62,035 nt of DNA, filler included, from 5 parts of 5 records of this genome joined end to end with filler, not necessarily neighbours in it; one strand, 5' to 3'. Counted from the whole stretch's first letter, positions 25,780-35,159 are shown. Made by a program: numbers and translations. The notes: generated from the sequence alone by a model not told the origin.

Positions 25780-26631
25780 CACTGGCCGCCGGCGGCGGGG
25801 GCCTTGCCAGTGCGCGCCGTGACCCGGCCCGGGCAGGGCTGGGCCCTTCGGGGACCAGGGGTGCGGGCCAGCAGACCCCACGCCCCCCTCGGCAAGTGAC
25901 GCGCCCGGGGGTGGGCCGGACTGCACCGTCGGGAGCACTCGTGGCTGCCGCGGCGAGGCGGGCCACCGCGGCACCGCGGCGGCGACCCGTCCGGACGCTC
26001 ACCACCAGGTTACTACGTGACCGTGAACCCGGGAGGGTGGGAGACGACCCCGTTCGGCGGCCCCCCTGCAGCGCCAGTGCGGGGTTCGTGACTTTCAAAT
26101 TTCACGGCCAGGCTTTGAGTGCCGGTGCACTCGTAGTGTCATCCCGCACGGACTGCGTGCGGCCAAAATGACTGGGACGTTCCGTTGGGTGGCACTGAAT
26201 TTCAATTGAAATATCATTCTGAGACACATGTCAATTAGTATCGTCGCCTTCCCGCCATTTTCAGGCCCGTCAGCCGCGGCCGGCCGCCTCGGGCGGCCGG
26301 GCGGCCATGTAAGCACGACGACTGATCAGTGGCGAGTGAGCAGGCTCGCCCGCGCCCCCGGCGCCGGCCGGACTTACCGGGCGGCCTGGCCCGGCGTTGG
26401 CACACGCACTGTGTGACGACGCGGGTGCGGGCCGGCCGCGTGCGGTGACGGCAACCACTAGACGCCGCGAGCCGCGCGGTCCGGCTGGGTTAGGGCCGTT
26501 CGGTCGTTGTGGTGGCCCGCCGGGTGCGAGCCGCCGCGGCCGGGCAGCGGCGCCCGGCCCCGGGAGCCACCGTGACCTTGAGGGGGTGGCCCGCCAGGCC
26601 AACTGGCCCGGCCGAGGGCGTGGCCGGCAAC
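25780..26631. promoter_or_regulatory. GC-rich island upstream of the 25547(-) gene, running to contig end
   Basis: Same CCGG/GGCC-rich composition as the other islands. Confidence 0.45.
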
Positions 26632-26731
26632 NNNNNNNNNNNNNNNNNNNNNNNNNNNNNNNNNNNNNNNNNNNNTTAATTAATTAANNNNNNNNNNNNN
26701 NNNNNNNNNNNNNNNNNNNNNNNNNNNNNNN
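26632..26731. other. Artificial contig spacer
   Basis: N-run with TTAATTAATTAA. Confidence 0.98.
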
Positions 26732-26948
26732 CCTCGAAAAGTACACCGCCAAGGGCAGCGAGATTGGTGTGCAAGGGAAGATCAAGACCCGTTCCTATAC
26801 CACCGAGGACGGCAACCAACGCTATGTGACCGAAATCGTGGCCGATGAAGTGCTGCTAATGGGCTCCAAGGCTGCCCAAGAGGCCAGCGAACCAAAGACC
26901 CCTAGGTCCAAGAGCACTAAAAAGACATCCACCAAAAAGGATGCCTAG
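26732..26948 (+). CDS. ssb: Single-stranded DNA-binding protein, 3' part
   Basis: KGSEIGVQGKIKTRSY..GNQRYVTEIVA OB-fold motif; basic tail rather than acidic DIPF tail. Confidence 0.88.
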
Positions 26949-26953
26949 CACTC

Positions 26954-26990
26954 AAGGGGTGCCCCTAGGGCATCCCTTCCTTTGTTTTTT
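26954..26990 (+). terminator. Hairpin with T-tract after ssb
   Basis: AAGGGGTGCCC..GGGCATCCCTT followed by CCTTTGTTTTTT. Confidence 0.5.
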
Positions 26991-27011
26991 GTTCAATTCA
27001 AATCAATTCCC

Positions 27012-27392
27012 ATGGAAACAAACATCCAACACCTCAAAGAACAGCTAAGCCAGTTTTGCGGCTCGCAGCAAATTTTCACCCTTCCCCTCTGTCGAACACG
27101 ATACACCGAGGGCATCCAATTCCTTGCCCAGTCCGTCAATGCCTTTTGGCTGCTGACCGACGCCTCCGTAATGGGGAAGAGCCTGAGCGACAAAAGCCGG
27201 TTTATTACCATAGACTTTAGACGCTATCCCCCATCCGAAGTGGAGACCCACGGCTATGATGCCGTAATCACCTATACCGATGGCAATGGTACCGTACTTG
27301 CCAAACAGCAATACCATTTCACAGATTTTCCATTGCAACAGATCCGCCTCTTTTTTGTGGACAATACCCTCCTATTGCCCTCCGAGTATTAA
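27012..27392 (+). CDS. DUF6876-like protein
   Basis: YTEGIQFLA..AFWL..DGNG..QQYHFTDFP..LLLPSEY, a pattern recalled for this MGE family. Confidence 0.7.
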   Translation: METNIQHLKEQLSQFCGSQQIFTLPLCRTRYTEGIQFLAQSVNAFWLLTDASVMGKSLSDKSRFITIDFRRYPPSEVETHGYDAVITYTDGNGTVLAKQQYHFTDFPLQQIRLFFVDNTLLLPSEY

Positions 27393-27467
27393 AATGGTCG
27401 AGGGGATGCGCTAATAACCCCTAGTACATCCCCTCTTTCATTCTTCTTAACCCTAAAATTTAGAAAA

Positions 27468-27917
27468 ATGATCTTTAAAGTTAATGAAATAAAAATCAGC
27501 TACCGGGAACATGCCCGAATATCCGAAACTCCCCAATTGACCTCTTCCCGGGATGTGGCTGCCCTGTTGCTCCACAATTGGGATGCCGACACCTTGGCCC
27601 TAAAAGAATCGTTTAAGATCTTATTGCTCAATAATTCCAATCGGGTCAAAGGTACCTATCAGGTGTCCGATGGGGGCATTACGGGTACCGTGGTAGATCT
27701 GCGCATCCTCTTTGCCGTGGTGCTCAAGACCTTGAGCGTGGGCATTATCCTTGCCCATAACCACCCCTCGGGGAACCTCAAACCGAGCCAGCCCGATAAA
27801 CAGCTGACCCAAAAAATCAAACGGGCGGCAGCACTCTTCGACATCAAAGTCCTTGATCATCTGATTATCGTGCCCAATGGGGACTATTTTAGTTTTGCGG
27901 ATAATGGAATGCTGTGA
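27468..27917 (+). CDS. RadC-like JAB domain protein
   Basis: E..LLLNNSN..GGITGTVVD..AHNHPSG..PSQPD..LDHLII JAB motif; no HhH N-terminus. Confidence 0.92.
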   Translation: MIFKVNEIKISYREHARISETPQLTSSRDVAALLLHNWDADTLALKESFKILLLNNSNRVKGTYQVSDGGITGTVVDLRILFAVVLKTLSVGIILAHNHPSGNLKPSQPDKQLTQKIKRAAALFDIKVLDHLIIVPNGDYFSFADNGML

Positions 27918-27959
27918 GTTGTCCGTTCAAGACATCCATTTTATAAACTAAAACTTGTG

Positions 27960-27986
27960 AGCCATCCCATTGGGATGGCTTTTTTC
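27960..27986 (+). terminator. Rho-independent terminator
   Basis: AGCCATCCCA-T-TGGGATGGCT perfect stem followed by a T-run. Confidence 0.75.
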
Positions 27987-28254
27987 AGGTCATTGAATTA
28001 AGACTCTTGGCGTTTAACTGCAAATCATTTTCTATCATCTTTGCGTCAATTATTCCAATGGCACTAATGGTTTAGCAATATGGGATAGCGTTCTAATTCT
28101 TCACTTTTCCCTTTAAAAGAAATCCACCCCATGCTACTATTTGCTGCAAACTCCATAATTCCACCTGCTGCACCTTCTTAAAATTCTGTCTCTTTTTCGT
28201 TCAACAGCCCATACGCAATACCTTGAACTGGGCGATGATTTTTGTGCTGCGCAC

Positions 28255-28440
28255 AATAAGGAAGAGCAAGAGGGCAACACGGCGAGCCGGTGTTGCATGC
28301 ATTGCTTTTCAAATAACCCGCTGTTTTCCAGTGGGTTATTATTGAAAAAATTATTAAAAATGGGCCTTGGGAGGCCCCGATTTGCGGCAAATGCCCCCGA
28401 AACCCCTATAAACAGGCACGGATTTGCGGCAAATCCAAAT
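28255..28440. other. Putative oriT / mob promoter region
   Basis: Two inverted repeats (GCAACAC..GTGTTGC; AATAACCC..GGGTTATT) and two ATTTGC-G-GCAAAT palindromes just upstream of the mob genes. Confidence 0.5.
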
Positions 28441-28451
28441 CAAAAACATCT

Positions 28452-29039
28452 ATGGGAACTGAAAGTTTTAGCAACATTCGCTTCAAGAAAGACACCGCCA
28501 GACGGTTCCAGTCCTTCTCACGTATGTACTACAAGACCCATACCCTGGCCCTTGCCGGGATGCTCGATTTCTTCAAGTACAATGAAATCTCACCTCACGA
28601 AAACCTGGGCAAGCGCATGGGGCTGATCATGGACTTCCTCCAAAAGTTCCGCGACTTTACCGCCAAACGCAACAATGCCACCATCGCCATCATCAAGGAC
28701 CTCGAAAAGCACGGCATCATGCCCACCAAGGCGATGATGGAACTGCTCTTTGAAGGAGGGCCTACCTCCTCAACTCAAAAGTCCGCCGATATCCCCAAGG
28801 CCGAATTGGTCATCCCTGAAATCCAAGGGATGGACCTCGATACCGAATTTGCCCTGCTCGAGGAACGCAAACAACGACAGCTTCTGGAACAGGAACTAGC
28901 CCAACTTAAAACGATGATCAACGAGCAACTCCTTAATAGAGTCAAGATCATTCGAGCGGCACTTGGTGCTCCACGGCTCCAATTGGAGATGACCCTCTCC
29001 GAATGGAAAGCCTTTGAAGAACATTTTAAAACACCATAG
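28452..29039 (+). CDS. BfmA/BtgA-like mobilisation accessory protein
   Basis: FSNIRFKKDTARRFQSFSR..MLDFF..ISP..IAIIKDLEK..PT; directly upstream of the relaxase. Confidence 0.7.
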   Translation: MGTESFSNIRFKKDTARRFQSFSRMYYKTHTLALAGMLDFFKYNEISPHENLGKRMGLIMDFLQKFRDFTAKRNNATIAIIKDLEKHGIMPTKAMMELLFEGGPTSSTQKSADIPKAELVIPEIQGMDLDTEFALLEERKQRQLLEQELAQLKTMINEQLLNRVKIIRAALGAPRLQLEMTLSEWKAFEEHFKTP

Positions 29040-29041
29040 CT

Positions 29042-30067
29042 ATGTACATCACCATCACACGACAACATCTCGGGGAGACCTTTTCCCAAAGTGCTGCGGA
29101 TTTCGTGGACTATCTGGAAAAGGAAAACAAGGCACTCGCTCCCGAACAGCAGGAACCTTTTTTTAACCAGCAGCAAGACCATATCGATTCCAAAACGGTG
29201 GTTCAGGAAATCGATGCGAATACCGACCGACTCAAACAAAGCGAGCCCAAGTTCTATTCCTTGACCATCAATCCCAGTCAGCGGGAACTGGCCGCCATCC
29301 AAAATGATCCCGAAAAGCTAAAAGCTTATGTTCGGGAGGTGATGAAGGATTATGCAGCTTCCTTCTACCGTAAGGAACCCGTTCAAGTGGATCAGCTTAA
29401 ATATTTTGCGAAGATTGAAAGGAAACGGACCTATTCAGGCAGGGATCGGGAAATCCGGGAAAACCGCCCCTATCGCGCACAAATTGCCAAACTCCAGAAC
29501 GACCTGGCCAAGGTCAACCGTGGGGCACTTCAAGGGAATCCTAAGCACATCCAACGGGACATCGACCGGCTTTACAAACAGATGCCCCATAAATTGAATG
29601 GAAAGCCCATCACAGCCGGGATGCAAAAACCGGGTTCCCAAACCCATGTGCACATCGTGATGAGCCGGAAGGATGTCACCAACACCTACAGTCTGTCCCC
29701 TGGGAGCAGTTATCGGGAATCCGAGGCCAAGCTCCATGGACAGACCGTGAAACGGGGATTCCGAAGGGATGAGTTTTTCGAGAAGGCTGAAAAGACCTTT
29801 GACCGGATGTTCAAATACAACCGGAACTATGTGGAACCCTACAATGCCCGAAAGACCTTGGACAAAGACCCCAAGGCCTATTTCTCCAAAGTGATGGGGT
29901 TACCCGCCTCCAAAAGGGCTGTTGCCTTCAAATTACTGTCCAAGACCGGGGCCAAAATACCCTTGCCCAACATTCCGACCAGTAAGGTGGCCATGGCCCG
30001 AAAGACCCTAGCCCGTTTGCAAAAGGCCGCTGCCCTAGTCCGAAAGGCCAGTTCCATTGAAATCTGA
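29042..30067 (+). CDS. MobB/DUF5712-type HUH relaxase
   Basis: MYITIT start, VDYLEKEN (candidate catalytic Tyr), KFYSLTINPS, K.G.QTHVHIVMSRKD HUH motif, GFRRDEFF. Confidence 0.85.
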   Translation: MYITITRQHLGETFSQSAADFVDYLEKENKALAPEQQEPFFNQQQDHIDSKTVVQEIDANTDRLKQSEPKFYSLTINPSQRELAAIQNDPEKLKAYVREVMKDYAASFYRKEPVQVDQLKYFAKIERKRTYSGRDREIRENRPYRAQIAKLQNDLAKVNRGALQGNPKHIQRDIDRLYKQMPHKLNGKPITAGMQKPGSQTHVHIVMSRKDVTNTYSLSPGSSYRESEAKLHGQTVKRGFRRDEFFEKAEKTFDRMFKYNRNYVEPYNARKTLDKDPKAYFSKVMGLPASKRAVAFKLLSKTGAKIPLPNIPTSKVAMARKTLARLQKAAALVRKASSIEI

Positions 30068-30072
30068 CCCCT

Positions 30073-31695
30073 ATGTCTTTGGAATTACTTAATCATCTAG
30101 ATGCATTTTTTACCAGCTATTGGTGGCTGCTTTTCCTTCCTTTGGGATTGGGCATGCTACTCTTTCAATATGTCCACCGATGTGGTGTTCTGATGGTATT
30201 AGGGCTGTTTCTATTGGAAGGGGCCTTGTTTGTTTATTTCTTGGGATGGGGCATTATAGTACCCTTACTGTTGTACGCACTACTTCCTTCCCTCTTCCTG
30301 AACATGCTTATCGGGCTTTTGCTGCATTTACGGGAAGAGGAAGATGCGATACCCCCGAAATACCAAGCCAGGCTGCCACTGCGCAGCGGCTCCCTCACCC
30401 TTAAAAACATACGGCGGGGGATTTCCATTATTGGTTCTGCAGGAAGTGGGAAAACGGAATCCGTGGTCTATGGCTTGTTAATGCACTTTCAGAAACATAG
30501 CTTTTGCGGGGTCATCCATGACTACAAACACTTTGAGATCACCGAACTGGCCTATCCCCTCTTCCATGACCAAGGCATTCCTTTTCATATCGTGTCCTTC
30601 GATACCATCCACAAACGGGTGAATCCCATTGCGCCCCGTTACCTGCCCGATGAGGAAAGTGTGAACGAGGTCTCCCGGGTCCTACTGGAAAACCTTCTTG
30701 AACAACGAGAGTCGGTGGCCCAGGGTTCCTCCAAGTTCTTCAACGATGCTGTCGAGGGACTGCTGGGAGGATTGGTCTGGATGCTTCGCACCCATCATCC
30801 CAAATACTGTACTCTCCCCCATCTTATCGCGGTATACCAACTATTGGAGCCTGAACATCTCATCCAATGGCTGAGCCAAGATCTCGTGGCCAAAGCCATG
30901 GCCGATGCCTTTATCGCAGGCAAAGACTCCGAGCGGCAGACCGCAGGGGTACTTTCCACGCTGGCCAATGCCCTCAAGAAAATATCGACCCAACGGATAT
31001 TCATGGCCCTCTCTGCGGATGAAGTGGACTTGGATATCAATAATCCCAAAAACCCTGCCGTCCTATCCATCGTCAACCATCCCAAATTTGAAACGGCCTA
31101 TTCCCCCATCATCGCCACCATTCTGCATACCGTTATCAAACAGATGAGCCTTCGGGGGCAACGTTCGTCCTTTGTTTTGATGGAAGAGGCCCCGACCATT
31201 CGGTTGCTCAATATGCACCGTATTCCGGCCACCCTCCGCAGCTATGACATCACCACCGTCTATGTGATGCAGGACAAGGCCCAGAACGATATGATGTATG
31301 GCGATAAGGCCAGTAGGGCCATACTCTCCAACCTGTCCTATCAGTTTTTTGGGAAGGCCAATGATCCTGACACCGCCTACTATTATGAACGCTTTTTCGA
31401 ATTGGTTAAAAAACCCATACGGAGCGTGAGCAAGAAAGCGGATTTTATGGCGTCCGATACCCGCATCACCAATATTGAACGGGAAGTGGGTAAGGTCCGA
31501 TCTGAGGAGTTCTTTCGGTTGAAACAAGGAGAGTTCATCGCCTTTTCCGATGGGAAGGACAGAAAGGTACGGTTTCCGCTGCCAAGGGCAGCACGCGATT
31601 TGCCAAAGCCCAATTACCCTTCAAACAGCCCTGAAATTGCCGCCAATTTTCAGCGGATACATTTGGAGGTGAAGGGGTTGTTTCAAAAGCAATGA
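30073..31695 (+). CDS. Type IV coupling protein (TraG/TraD/VirD4-like)
   Basis: N-terminal TM helices, Walker A GSAGSGKT, Walker B-like LMEEAPT, ATLRS..QD..Q. Confidence 0.88.
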   Translation: MSLELLNHLDAFFTSYWWLLFLPLGLGMLLFQYVHRCGVLMVLGLFLLEGALFVYFLGWGIIVPLLLYALLPSLFLNMLIGLLLHLREEEDAIPPKYQARLPLRSGSLTLKNIRRGISIIGSAGSGKTESVVYGLLMHFQKHSFCGVIHDYKHFEITELAYPLFHDQGIPFHIVSFDTIHKRVNPIAPRYLPDEESVNEVSRVLLENLLEQRESVAQGSSKFFNDAVEGLLGGLVWMLRTHHPKYCTLPHLIAVYQLLEPEHLIQWLSQDLVAKAMADAFIAGKDSERQTAGVLSTLANALKKISTQRIFMALSADEVDLDINNPKNPAVLSIVNHPKFETAYSPIIATILHTVIKQMSLRGQRSSFVLMEEAPTIRLLNMHRIPATLRSYDITTVYVMQDKAQNDMMYGDKASRAILSNLSYQFFGKANDPDTAYYYERFFELVKKPIRSVSKKADFMASDTRITNIEREVGKVRSEEFFRLKQGEFIAFSDGKDRKVRFPLPRAARDLPKPNYPSNSPEIAANFQRIHLEVKGLFQKQ

Positions 31696-31761
31696 TAAAA
31701 TACTAAATCCCCTAAAACACCATATTTTGCTCTGTTTTTATCGAATTAGGGAGTTGCACAC

Positions 31762-31891
31762 CGGTGACAAGATGGATAAGCATTAAGGGTTTCGTTAGTT
31801 ACTCAAACCGTTTTGCATTCAATTAAGGCTCTTCCTTCCTGAAATTTGGCAGTTATAAATCGGCTACTGCGCATTCACAGGTCCGTTACTA
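31762..31891 (+). repeat. Degenerate ~130-bp attC-like palindromic element
   Basis: GGTGAC..TGGATAAGCATTA..GGTTT pairs imperfectly with AAATCGGCTACTGCGCATTCA..CGTTAC; sits at the backbone/cargo compositional boundary. Confidence 0.45.
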
Positions 31892-31952
31892 AAAGTTTAA
31901 ATGAACAATTGACTATCTTTTTTTCGATTTAGTACCTTTAGACAAAAACTAA

Positions 31953-32918
31953 ATGGAAAGGGGAAATATTATATTGTACGATGATAAGCCTAATATAGAA
32001 ATACGGTTGGACAATGACACCATTTGGTTGAATCAGAGACAAATGGCAGACCTTTTTGATAAGGACAGTGATACTATAGGTCTGCACCTAAAAAACATAT
32101 TCGCGACCAAGGAACTGGATAAAAAAGCAACTACCGAGAAATACTCGGTAGTTCAAAAAGAAGGTAAAAGACGGGTAAGGCGCAATGTGCTCTTTTACAA
32201 TCTAGATGCCATAATTTCTGTTGGCTATCGGGTTAATTCTAAGCGAGGAACTCAATTTAGAATTTGGGCCAACAGCATTTTAAAGGATTATTTGGTAAAG
32301 GGCTATGCCGTAAATGAAAAAAGATTAGCTCAAAAAGAAGAGGAAATCCAGATACTAAAAAACGGTATATCCATATTGGGCAGAGCGCTGGAAGAAAAGT
32401 CAAAACTTGAAAACAATGAATGGCTGAAGCATTTCGCTCAGGGCCTTGAATTACTAGATGACTATGACCATGAAAACCTTGATGTTAAGGGGTTAACTAA
32501 AAGAGAAGCTGTTTTTCCAAGTATGGAGGAATATCAAGAACTTATCCGACAAATGGCTACAGCATTTGATTCTGACTTATTTGGAAAAGAGAAAGATGAA
32601 AATTTTCAAAGCTCCCTTGCTCAAATTACCAAAGGTTTTGAAACAGAAGATTTTTACCCCACTATTGAAGAAAAAGCCGCCACGCTCCTATATTTGATAA
32701 CAAAGAATCACTCTTTTGTTGATGGTAATAAACGAATAGCCGCCGCTTGTTTCCTTAAATTTTTAAATGCAAACAGCATGCTCGTTTCTAAATTGGATAA
32801 ACCAATCATAAGCAGTGATACCTTGGCCAGTCTAACACTGTTTATCGCTTCCAGTAAACCAGAGGAAATGCAGACGGTAAAAAGATTGGTGATTAGTGTT
32901 TTAAATAGAAACAAATAA
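31953..32918 (+). CDS. RhuM-Fic/Doc fusion protein
   Basis: RhuM motifs IWLNQRQMADLF, YNLDAIISVGYRVNSKRGTQFRIWA; Fic motif HSFVDGNKR. Confidence 0.92.
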   Translation: MERGNIILYDDKPNIEIRLDNDTIWLNQRQMADLFDKDSDTIGLHLKNIFATKELDKKATTEKYSVVQKEGKRRVRRNVLFYNLDAIISVGYRVNSKRGTQFRIWANSILKDYLVKGYAVNEKRLAQKEEEIQILKNGISILGRALEEKSKLENNEWLKHFAQGLELLDDYDHENLDVKGLTKREAVFPSMEEYQELIRQMATAFDSDLFGKEKDENFQSSLAQITKGFETEDFYPTIEEKAATLLYLITKNHSFVDGNKRIAAACFLKFLNANSMLVSKLDKPIISSDTLASLTLFIASSKPEEMQTVKRLVISVLNRNK

Positions 32919-32964
32919 TTGCAAGTTCAAACAAACGATTGCATGACCAACAAACCAGAATCAA

Positions 32965-33339
32965 ATGGGAACTAGAATAGTCTTATCAATAATCATACTT
33001 TCAATTTTCGGTTGTAATAAGGATAATGCAAATAACGAAACTGAGATTCATGGCACTTATAAAGGGATTTTTGAGCGGGATGATATCGTTTCAAATGTTG
33101 AGTTGACATTTTATGGCGGGACTTGGTTGGGTGAAAGTGAAAGGTCCAAATATCCTGCATTATGTAATGGTACTTATTCGATTTCAAGAAATGTTGTTTC
33201 CTTCGAGAATGCCTGTGCTTGGACAGCTGAATTTGATTGGACTCTGATATTGAGTGATGAATGGAATTATGATATTAAAGGCAATTTATTGGTTTTAACC
33301 AAGTCAAATGGAGACAAATATGAATTATCGAGACAATAA
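32965..33339 (+). CDS. Hypothetical lipoprotein (lipocalin-like beta-rich)
   Basis: Lipobox IFGC; GTYKG..YPALCNGTY..CAWTAEFDW. Confidence 0.7.
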   Translation: MGTRIVLSIIILSIFGCNKDNANNETEIHGTYKGIFERDDIVSNVELTFYGGTWLGESERSKYPALCNGTYSISRNVVSFENACAWTAEFDWTLILSDEWNYDIKGNLLVLTKSNGDKYELSRQ

Positions 33340-33447
33340 GAGGGAGTCTAATGGCCAACTTATAACCTATTAATATCGATTAATTAGTTGGGGTGACCAA
33401 GGAGTGGCCTTAACTGATGCGGTCGGATTGTTTACAAAAGTTGAAAT

Positions 33448-33885
33448 ATGAGTTATACCGCAAAACAGGTAGAAGACTTTTTTAAAAGAATTGACAACTT
33501 GGACGTCTCCCAGGAGCCCAAATTTGGTAAAATGAATGCTTGCCAAATGGTTTGTCACTGTACTGATTTTTTTAGAATGGCCATTGGGAATAAGAAAGCA
33601 CATGAATATGGTACTATAAATCCGACTGAAATCCTCGAACTCTCAAGTTCAGGACAGACCGTAGCTGCACCAAAAGGCTTCGGTCAAATCGAGGGAGAAG
33701 GGACTCTTCCTACCAATTTTGAAAATGACAAAACCATCTTAAAAGAACATATTCGAGAATTTTCAAATCTGGGCAAGGATTATCAATTTGCAGAACATCC
33801 TTATTTTGGAAATATCAGTTACGATAGATGGGTTGAACTAGCTATTTATCACCTAAATCATCATTTGAAACAGTTCTCCGTTTAA
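33448..33885 (+). CDS. DUF1569 / DinB-superfamily protein
   Basis: FGKMNACQMVCHC, HPYFG..W..HLNHHLKQF. Confidence 0.85.
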   Translation: MSYTAKQVEDFFKRIDNLDVSQEPKFGKMNACQMVCHCTDFFRMAIGNKKAHEYGTINPTEILELSSSGQTVAAPKGFGQIEGEGTLPTNFENDKTILKEHIREFSNLGKDYQFAEHPYFGNISYDRWVELAIYHLNHHLKQFSV

Positions 33886-33927
33886 TTATTAGAAGAAGTT
33901 AAATCCATATAGAAGTTTAATAGAACG

Positions 33928-34563
33928 ATGACCGAACAAGAATTTTTCAAAAATCTACAAGAAAAGACGGAAACGGTGTTTTATCAGAGTGAAATCTACA
34001 CTAAAAATAAAGATAAAAATTGGTTTTATTCCATCTGTAACGGGCCCATTTTGAGGCATAAACCAATCATTTTCGGATTGAATTGGGGCGTTAGCAATGA
34101 CCCGAATTATGAAGGGCACAAGGCACAGAAAACATATCCAGAAAATATTGATAAAAATACCTGGAAGTTTAAATCCCATGTGAACACCTATTTGATCAAA
34201 TATTTTGGATACTCTTTTGATGAAGTCAATTACAGTAATCAATGCTTTTTTAGAACCCCAAACGAGAAATTTTTAAGTTACCAGGATTGGAGGGACTCAA
34301 TAGCCCTGTTTAGGGAATATGTTGAGTATATAGACCCTCCTTATTTAATCATGTTGGGAAGACCTAGACACTTAAATAACGACGAACTTAAAGACTACAG
34401 AAAAATAGGATATTTTCCATTAGGATCAAAAAGAAGGTCTTTTGTTCGATTGGGAACCCTTTTTGATAAATACACCTTTGGCTCAGTCCCCCATAGCTCT
34501 GCTCATATCTCTCCTAACACCCATGATGAATTATGGAAAATTCTAAAAGAAAACTTGAAATAA
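33928..34563 (+). CDS. Hypothetical protein with uracil-DNA-glycosylase-superfamily-like motifs
   Basis: IIFGLNWG, YSNQCFFRT, IDPPYLIMLG, VPHSS in UDG-like order. Confidence 0.5.
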   Translation: MTEQEFFKNLQEKTETVFYQSEIYTKNKDKNWFYSICNGPILRHKPIIFGLNWGVSNDPNYEGHKAQKTYPENIDKNTWKFKSHVNTYLIKYFGYSFDEVNYSNQCFFRTPNEKFLSYQDWRDSIALFREYVEYIDPPYLIMLGRPRHLNNDELKDYRKIGYFPLGSKRRSFVRLGTLFDKYTFGSVPHSSAHISPNTHDELWKILKENLK

Positions 34564-34632
34564 TATCCAAAATAGGTTTCCATATCCCAACTATTTCGAT
34601 TTTTGTAATTTCATTTTAAATATGACTCTTTG

Positions 34633-34875
34633 ATGAATAGGTCAGCTTCAAAATCCACAAAAAAAGAACTGGTAATTTGGATAGAATCCCTCAACGATGA
34701 TTCAATTATTGCGCTATTACATTCTATAAAACTTTCCAGTGAAGGAAAGTCTGGCGACTGGTGGGATGAACTTACAGAAAGTGATCGGGTAAACATTCTC
34801 TCCGGCATAAGAGACCTTGAACAAGGACAGACAATGAACTCAAAAGAGTTTTGGAAGGAGATTGCCAATGGGTAA
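34633..34875 (+). CDS. Putative antitoxin (addiction-module component)
   Basis: KKELVIWIESLND..DWWDEL..I..GIRDLEQG; overlaps the downstream RelE/ParE gene. Confidence 0.7.
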   Translation: MNRSASKSTKKELVIWIESLNDDSIIALLHSIKLSSEGKSGDWWDELTESDRVNILSGIRDLEQGQTMNSKEFWKEIANG

Positions 34876-35146
34876 TATTTGTGAAGTCACCTGGACAAAA
34901 AAGTCCGTTTCCAACGCATTGGAAATCAAATCACACCTTAATCGCAAGTTCGGCAAAAAGGATGACCTAGTCTGGTTTGAAAAACTTTTAAAGCAATTTG
35001 AGAAAACCGTGTTTCATTTACCAACGCTTTATCCAAAATCACATAAACTTAAATCCTTACGACGCGCTGTAATACACAAAAACATTACCATCTATTATCT
35101 GGTCGAAAAAGAAAGGATTACAGTCATTTCGATGAAGGATAATTGA
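34868..35146 (+). CDS. RelE/ParE-family toxin, probably C-terminally truncated
   Basis: VTWTKKS..LYPKS..LRRAVIHKNITIYY..ITVISMKDN then TGA TAA. Confidence 0.7.
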   Translation: MGNICEVTWTKKSVSNALEIKSHLNRKFGKKDDLVWFEKLLKQFEKTVFHLPTLYPKSHKLKSLRRAVIHKNITIYYLVEKERITVISMKDN

Positions 35147-35159
35147 TAACTTTAAACAA

